Below are positions 58,648-64,000 of a DNA stretch of 64,000 nucleotides, piece by piece. This stretch comes from Acidobacteriota bacterium (lineage in GTDB: Bacteria > Acidobacteriota > UBA6911 > RPQK01 > JAJDTT01). Position numbers and translations under genes: made by a program. Below the pieces are notes generated by a model that made no database searches, was not told where the DNA came from, and was given only the letters and a program-made list of their open reading frames with translations. The stretch lies in NCBI GenBank assembly GCA_965217775.1, contig CBDCJH010000002.1, positions 4,480,001 to 4,544,000 of the forward strand, written 5' to 3'. Every line of letters begins with the position of its first letter. Position 1 is the first letter of the stretch.

Positions 58648-58835
58648 CTCTTCTCTTCCGGACGGGTCATCAATATCCAGACAATGAAGCCCGACAATAC
58701 CACGAAAGGGCTGAGAACATTCTTGGCCTCTTCGTTCTGACCGGTGAACAGGAAGCAGACCAGCGTCACCAGGACCAACAGAAAAATCCCCGTGATCACG
58801 AAAAGAATGACGAACAGAATCGAATTCTTGTCCAT
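58644..58835 (-). CDS. 63-aa two-TM membrane protein
   Basis: MDKNSILFVILFVITGIFLLVLVTLVCFLF...PFVVLSGFIVWILM. Confidence 0.55.
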   Translation of the reverse strand: MDKNSILFVILFVITGIFLLVLVTLVCFLFTGQNEEAKNVLSPFVVLSGFIVWILMTRPEEKR

Positions 58836-58912
58836 TACCCGCTCAGTCCATGGTTCAGCCCTGCTTGCCGGCGCATGACAAGAATGGTCACGGCCTACTG
58901 ACCACAACGAAG

Positions 58913-59554
58913 TCATTCCGAAAACCGTTGAAGGCGTTCCCAGTCGGCGGGTGTGTTCACGTTGAGGAAACCCTCGTCCGGCAGATCCCACGCCTGTGCC
59001 GAAAGAACGTGAACCCGCAGATCCTTCGATTCCAACACGGAGTCGACCCGGCGGGCGCCGGCTTCCAGGAGTCTTCGGATCGGGTCGGCAGCAGCACGAG
59101 AATAGTAGGCGCACAGGGGATGGAGCCCGCCCTTGGAGTCCCGGGGAACCACTACGTCGAAATCGCAGCCGATCTTGACCAGGACCCGGTAGAGCCGGGG
59201 GGAGACCAAGGGCGTGTCGCAGGGAATGAAGTAATTGTCCCGGGAACGGGAAGCGGTCAATGCAGTGTATACGGCCGCCAAGGGACCCGCCCCGGAAACC
59301 CGGTCCACCAACACGGGCAAGCCCAAGCTCCGAAACCGCTCTCTGGAGTCGGCCACGATGGTGACAGGCAGGCCCACCGACTCCAGACAGCGCCGCGAGA
59401 CCTCGATCAGGGGGGATCCCCGGTATCGCAGGAAAGCCTTGTCCCGCCCCAGCCGCCCGCTCTTCCCCCCGGCCAGGATGAATCCCTCACCGTTCAGGGG
59501 AATCTCCGGCAGGTTCGGGTCGGTCGAAACGCTCATCCTCGAGTCGCCAGGCAT
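58913..59554 (-). CDS. mobA: Molybdenum cofactor guanylyltransferase
   Basis: ILAGGKSGRLGRDKA, GPLAAV, PCDTP, HPLCAYY, FLNVNTPAD. Confidence 0.9.
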   Translation of the reverse strand: MPGDSRMSVSTDPNLPEIPLNGEGFILAGGKSGRLGRDKAFLRYRGSPLIEVSRRCLESVGLPVTIVADSRERFRSLGLPVLVDRVSGAGPLAAVYTALTASRSRDNYFIPCDTPLVSPRLYRVLVKIGCDFDVVVPRDSKGGLHPLCAYYSRAAADPIRRLLEAGARRVDSVLESKDLRVHVLSAQAWDLPDEGFLNVNTPADWERLQRFSE

Positions 59555-59637
59555 TTCAGGAAATCATCAAGTGCGAGTGCCATTCTCAGCGCAGCACAGA
59601 ACTATCACCAGCGGCTGTTAGGATATTGCACTGATTC

Positions 59638-60894
59638 ATGCGCCGATACGTCCGCTGCAGTGCCGTCTTCATGTTCCTCGTCCTGACCGGGGCGCCCCTG
59701 AACACCGTTTACGGCGAGCTCCTGTTGAGACCCGTCGATCCCCGGGAAGTGGGAGTCTCCCCGCAGAGACTCGAAAAACTGGACGCGATCACACTGGAGC
59801 ACATCGAAAGGAAGCAGTTTCCGGGCGCCGTCATTCTGGTCGCCCGAAAAGGGGGCATCGTCTACCGGAAGGCCTTCGGCGATCGAACCGTCTCCCCCAG
59901 CCGCTCGCCCCTGGAAGTGGACACCATCTTCGACATGGCCTCCCTGACCAAGATCATGCCCACGGCCGTCTCCATCATGATCCTGGTGGAGGAAGGGCGC
60001 CTCTCTCTTTCCGACCCGGTCTCCAAGCATCTCAACCGTTTTTCCCAGTACGGCAAGCACCGGGTGACCGTGCGGCAGCTCCTGACCCACTATTCGGGAC
60101 TGCGCCCCAGTCTGGCCCTGAAGACCAAGTGGTCGGGTTACGAGACGGCTGTCGCCCGCGCCTGCCGGGAGCGACTGGCGACCCGGCCCGGCGCGCGTTT
60201 CAAGTACAGCGACATCAACTACGTGGTTCTCGGCGAGCTGGTGCGGGTCATCTCGGGAGACCATCTGGACGCGTTCTCACGAAAACGGGTCTTCGAACCG
60301 CTGGGCATGAAGGACACCTCCTTCAATCCAAGGGAGCGAATGAAGTCCAGGATCGCTCCCACCGAACGGCATGAAGGAGAGTTCCTTCATGGAAGGGTCC
60401 ACGACCCCACCGCGGCGCGAATGGGAGGATGCGCCGGACACGCCGGGGTCTTTTCCACCGCCGACGACGTGGCCCGGTACGGGCAGATGATCCTCAACGG
60501 GGGCGTCTACGACGGCAGGCGAATCCTCTCGCCGCTTGCCGTCCTGCAAATGACCACGCCCCAATCTCCAACCGGAAAGCCGGTGCTTCGGGGTCTAGGA
60601 TTCGACATCCACAGCCGATACCACGCCCCGCGCGGAGACCTCTTCCCGGTGGGGTCCTTCGGCCACAGCGGCTTCACCGGGACCTCACTCTGGATCGACC
60701 CCTACACGGAAACCCTGGTGGTGATTCTGACCAGCCGGCTCCATCCCAGAGGGCGCGGCGACGCGGTGCCTTTCCGCAAGCGGGTGGCTTCAATCGTGGG
60801 CGCCTCGATTGTCGACCGGGTCCCGATTCAAGCCATCCGATCAACCCTCTGGAGCGGGCCCGCCACGTCCTCGCCCGTCAGCCGAACTCGCTGA
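59638..60894 (+). CDS. Serine hydrolase, beta-lactamase family
   Basis: ASLTK (SxxK), LLTHYSGL, YSD, GHSGFTG; signal peptide. Confidence 0.88.
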   Translation: MRRYVRCSAVFMFLVLTGAPLNTVYGELLLRPVDPREVGVSPQRLEKLDAITLEHIERKQFPGAVILVARKGGIVYRKAFGDRTVSPSRSPLEVDTIFDMASLTKIMPTAVSIMILVEEGRLSLSDPVSKHLNRFSQYGKHRVTVRQLLTHYSGLRPSLALKTKWSGYETAVARACRERLATRPGARFKYSDINYVVLGELVRVISGDHLDAFSRKRVFEPLGMKDTSFNPRERMKSRIAPTERHEGEFLHGRVHDPTAARMGGCAGHAGVFSTADDVARYGQMILNGGVYDGRRILSPLAVLQMTTPQSPTGKPVLRGLGFDIHSRYHAPRGDLFPVGSFGHSGFTGTSLWIDPYTETLVVILTSRLHPRGRGDAVPFRKRVASIVGASIVDRVPIQAIRSTLWSGPATSSPVSRTR

Positions 60895-62515
60895 AACCCC
60901 GGGGAATCCGGACATCGATCAAGGTGGTCCGATCGGATCCGACGGCTTCCTCCAGGACCGGCAGCAGTTCCGCCAGAGAATCGACCCGCGCTCCGGCGAC
61001 GCCAAACCCTTCGGCAATCTTCACGAAATCGGGGTTGGCCAGATCGGTTCCCAGGTATCTGCCGCCGTAGCTGTTCTTCTGCATCCACTTCAAGACGCCC
61101 CAAGCTTCATCGTTGAAGAGGACGACGGTGACGTTCAAGCCATATTGGACGGAGGTCGCCAACTCGGCCATGCAGTACTGGAACCCGCCATCTCCCGAAA
61201 AGCAGACCACGGGGGTTCCGGGATTGGCCGCCTTGGCTCCCAGGGCGGCCGGGAAGGAGAAACCGATGCTGACCCAGCCGTACGGGTTCAGGAAGGTGCG
61301 GGGGCCATAGACCTGAAAGGCGCGGCTGGCGCGGCTGGCGGGGACGGTGGTGTCCCAAGTGGTGATGGTCTCCCGGGGGAGCACGCTCCGGATGGCTTCC
61401 ATGGCCCGGGTCTCGGCCGGCCACTCACGCCGGAGCTCGGTGCGGATACTCCGTTTGAGGCTCCGGATCTCCTCTCGGTAGCCGGTTCCGGTGGAGAGGT
61501 CCCGACCCTGGATCCGCTCCAGGATCTGACCCGCCACCACGCCGCCGTCGGCCAGGACACCCAGGCTGACGGGATAGTTCCGTCCCAGGTAGTCCGGGTC
61601 CAAGACCACTTGCACCAATTGTTCCGGGAATCGGACCCCGAGCTGCACCGTGCTGCGATGGATGAGTCCGGACCCCAGAGCCAGCACCAGGTCACACTCC
61701 GGGATGAAATCGTGGACCGGGTTCCGGGCCCAGATCCGCTGTCCCAGGCAGGTGCCCAGGGAGAGGGGGTGGTCCTCCGGGAAAGCGTCCTTGGCGCCGT
61801 CTCCGGTGACGACGGGGGCTCCCAGAGTCTCGGCCAGAAGGATCAAGCTCCCATGGGCTCCGGTGTGGGCTAGTTCCTCACCGGCCCAGATCAGGGGCCG
61901 CTCGGCTCGCCCCAGGGCGGCCACGATCTGCTCCAACTCCTCCTCGCCCGCTCCCGGTGGTTCGGGGAGAGCCGGAAGATCGCCGCCCGGACCACACGGA
62001 GCTCCCAGAAGATCGGTGGGGAACTGGAGGACGGCGGGGCGCCGGCGCCCTGAGGACAGTGCCGCGAAAGCCTCGTCCACGGCCGGAACCAGGGTCTGGG
62101 CATCCTCCACGCGGCGGGCGTGGCCGGTCACCGAGCGGAGCATCCGGAACTGCTGCTTGGGTTCATGGATCAGGCCCAGACCCGTCTCCCGCTCACCTCG
62201 CCCGACGGTGGTGGTCAAATGCAATACGGGAGAACTGGAGTGAAAAGCCTCTCCCACGGAGTGCATGGAGTTGGCCGCACCGGGCCCCGTGCTGGTGACC
62301 AGAATGCCGGGCCGGCCACTGGAACGGGCGTACCCGTCCGCCATGAAACCGCAGCCCAACTCCGAGCGGCCCCCGATGTGGCGCACCCGATCCTGATAGC
62401 GGTAGAGGGCGTCGAAGATATCGAGATTATGGATGGAGATAATGCCGAATAGGAGGTCCGCCTTGTGGTTCGCCAAACGCTCCACAAGTGCCTCGCCGCC
62501 GGTCCTGTTGGCCAT
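60878..62515 (-). CDS. Thiamine pyrophosphate-binding protein (acetolactate synthase-like)
   Basis: MADGYAR, STGPGAAN, GDGGFQY...LFND. Confidence 0.88.
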   Translation of the reverse strand: MANRTGGEALVERLANHKADLLFGIISIHNLDIFDALYRYQDRVRHIGGRSELGCGFMADGYARSSGRPGILVTSTGPGAANSMHSVGEAFHSSSPVLHLTTTVGRGERETGLGLIHEPKQQFRMLRSVTGHARRVEDAQTLVPAVDEAFAALSSGRRRPAVLQFPTDLLGAPCGPGGDLPALPEPPGAGEEELEQIVAALGRAERPLIWAGEELAHTGAHGSLILLAETLGAPVVTGDGAKDAFPEDHPLSLGTCLGQRIWARNPVHDFIPECDLVLALGSGLIHRSTVQLGVRFPEQLVQVVLDPDYLGRNYPVSLGVLADGGVVAGQILERIQGRDLSTGTGYREEIRSLKRSIRTELRREWPAETRAMEAIRSVLPRETITTWDTTVPASRASRAFQVYGPRTFLNPYGWVSIGFSFPAALGAKAANPGTPVVCFSGDGGFQYCMAELATSVQYGLNVTVVLFNDEAWGVLKWMQKNSYGGRYLGTDLANPDFVKIAEGFGVAGARVDSLAELLPVLEEAVGSDRTTLIDVRIPRGFSEFG

Positions 62516-62540
62516 CTCAGGTGTCCGAGGATACGAAGAG

Positions 62541-62564
62541 GGCGGCCACCAGGGCCGCCCCTAC
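62541..62564 (-). repeat. GTAG-type REP
   Basis: Minus strand GTAGGGCGGCCCTGGTGGCCGCCC; a related copy GTAGGGACGACCCTTGTGTTCGCCC lies at ~48252-48276. Confidence 0.6.
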
Positions 62565-62657
62565 ACCATATTTCTCACCGGGGCGGTACGATGCACGCGC
62601 AGGATTTTCGCCATGCGCTCAGCGACCCCGGAACGAATCCCAGGTTAGACCCATTTC

Positions 62658-63716
62658 TCATTCCTCGGACTGGCGCTCGGGGCGAAGCTCCCGGACCACC
62701 TTGCCGATCCGCCACATCTCCGACTGCTCGACCTCCTTCAGCTCCCGGGTGAGAGCCTCCCGGTAGTCGGCAGCCCGGTTGGCGGCCAGGACCCGGCGGG
62801 TTTCGTCACCGCGAGCCACCTTGTCGTAGAGCTCCTCGAAGATCGGAACGTTGGCGTCGCGGAAGCGCTTGAACCAGTCCAGAGCGCCCCGTTGGGCCGT
62901 GGTGGAGCAGTTGGCGTACATCCAGTCCATCCCGTTCTCGGCGATGAGAGGATAGAGGCTCTGGGTGGCCTCCTCCACGGTCTCGTTGAAGGCCTCCTGG
63001 GGACTGTGGCCCCGGGCCCTCAGGACCTCGTACTGGGCCAGCCAGAGTCCGTAGATGGCGCCCATCAGGACCCCCCTCTCGCCCGTCAGGTCGCTGTAGA
63101 CTTCCTTCTTGAAATCGGTCTCGAAAAGGAATCCGGACCCGATGGCGATTCCCAGGGCCAGGCAGCGCTCCCGGGCGCGGCCCGTGTAATCCTGATCCAC
63201 CGCGTAGCTGGAATTGATCCCCCGGCCCTCGAGGAAGAGCCGCCTCACGGTGGTCCCGGAGCCCTTGGGCGCCACCAGGATGACGTCGATGTCGGGCGGT
63301 GGAACCACTCCGGTCTGGTCGCTGTAGGTGAGGGCGAAGCCGTGGGAAAAGCAGAGGGCGTCGCCCGGCTTGAAGTGGGGCTTGATATTGTGCCACTGCT
63401 GTCCCTGGCCGGCGTCGCTCAACAGGTACATGACCAGCGTGGACCGCTCCACCACCTCGGTGATGTCCTCGATCAGGTTGACGCCCGGAACCCAGCCGTC
63501 CTCGACCGCCTTCTTCCAGCCGTTGCCGCCGCGGCGCTGGCCGACGATGACCTCGATCCCGTTGTCCCGGCAATTCAGGGACTGGCCATGGCCCTGAGGA
63601 CCATATCCAATGACGCCGACGCGCTCGCGACCCAGGATCTCCCGGACTTTTCCCATCGGATAGTCGCTGCGCTCGATCACGTCCTCGACATAGTCTCCGA
63701 TCTGGATTCTTCTCAT
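62658..63716 (-). CDS. ilvC: Ketol-acid reductoisomerase
   Basis: IGYGPQGHGQ, FSHGF, VAPKGSG, SDLTGERGVLMG, ANCSTTAQRGALDW. Confidence 0.95.
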   Translation of the reverse strand: MRRIQIGDYVEDVIERSDYPMGKVREILGRERVGVIGYGPQGHGQSLNCRDNGIEVIVGQRRGGNGWKKAVEDGWVPGVNLIEDITEVVERSTLVMYLLSDAGQGQQWHNIKPHFKPGDALCFSHGFALTYSDQTGVVPPPDIDVILVAPKGSGTTVRRLFLEGRGINSSYAVDQDYTGRARERCLALGIAIGSGFLFETDFKKEVYSDLTGERGVLMGAIYGLWLAQYEVLRARGHSPQEAFNETVEEATQSLYPLIAENGMDWMYANCSTTAQRGALDWFKRFRDANVPIFEELYDKVARGDETRRVLAANRAADYREALTRELKEVEQSEMWRIGKVVRELRPERQSEE

Positions 63717-63848
63717 GATTCCCTCTCTTTGGAAGATTCGATATCCTTCGCTTGCTCAGCAGGATGACGGAGCGAGTTTATACCAAATCCTGCAAACGCG
63801 ACTCAACAGCCCCGGGACGAAGCTCCCGTGGACGGACAAGGAGCACTC

Positions 63849-64000
63849 ATGGAGATCAAGCAGGTTTGGGACCTGACCCGGTTTCGTCCCGAGAAAATGC
63901 AAAAGGTGAACCTCTTCGAGACCCCCCGAATGTTCTGCGACATCTACTGCTTCGAACCGGGCCAGGAGCAGAAGGTTCACGCCCATCATGGGAACGACAA
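63849..64000 (+). CDS. Cupin-domain protein (runs off the window)
   Basis: AAGGAG RBS; MEIKQ...EKMQKVNLFETPRMFCDIYCFEPGQEQKVHAH. Confidence 0.7.
   Translation, partial: MEIKQVWDLTRFRPEKMQKVNLFETPRMFCDIYCFEPGQEQKVHAHHGND

Noticed and set aside
60878-62515. ilvB assignment because of the adjacent ilvC
   Set aside because: It lacks a neighbouring ilvN and the typical AHAS motifs such as GMHG, so only the superfamily call is supported.
1-64000. tRNA, rRNA and riboswitches (including a Moco riboswitch near modABC)
   Set aside because: None could be recognised by eye; an Infernal/Rfam scan would be needed to exclude them.

Overview
A GC-rich bacterial chromosomal window. The gene content (Oar-like TonB receptors, FG-GAP/CRTAC1, TPR, PVC-type heme protein, Tat beta-propellers) suggests Acidobacteriota; this is an inference. 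It holds a molybdate uptake operon with its regulator, a RES toxin-antitoxin pair, many exported hydrolase-like, propeller and TPR proteins, a fused glcD-glcE followed by glcF, two tandem TonB-dependent receptor paralogues, mobA, ilvC and several REP-like palindrome families. The most unusual part is the ~4.3 kb between the convergent glcF and TonB receptor genes (39850-44160). It is punctuated by seven co-oriented, gaplessly alignable 25-bp semi-palindromic sites (consensus ~GARWAGGGRACAGTCACYBTHTTCC) plus a weak eighth. Between the sites lie single-gene cargoes (DUF2283, an S8 protease, small TM/coiled-coil genes) and decayed copies of DNA from both flanking genes. This looks like an integron-like, flank-capturing cassette array, with no recombinase in the window. 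A 160-bp MITE occurs twice, and the window also contains the empty version of one insertion site. All product calls come from reading motifs by eye; no database searches were run.
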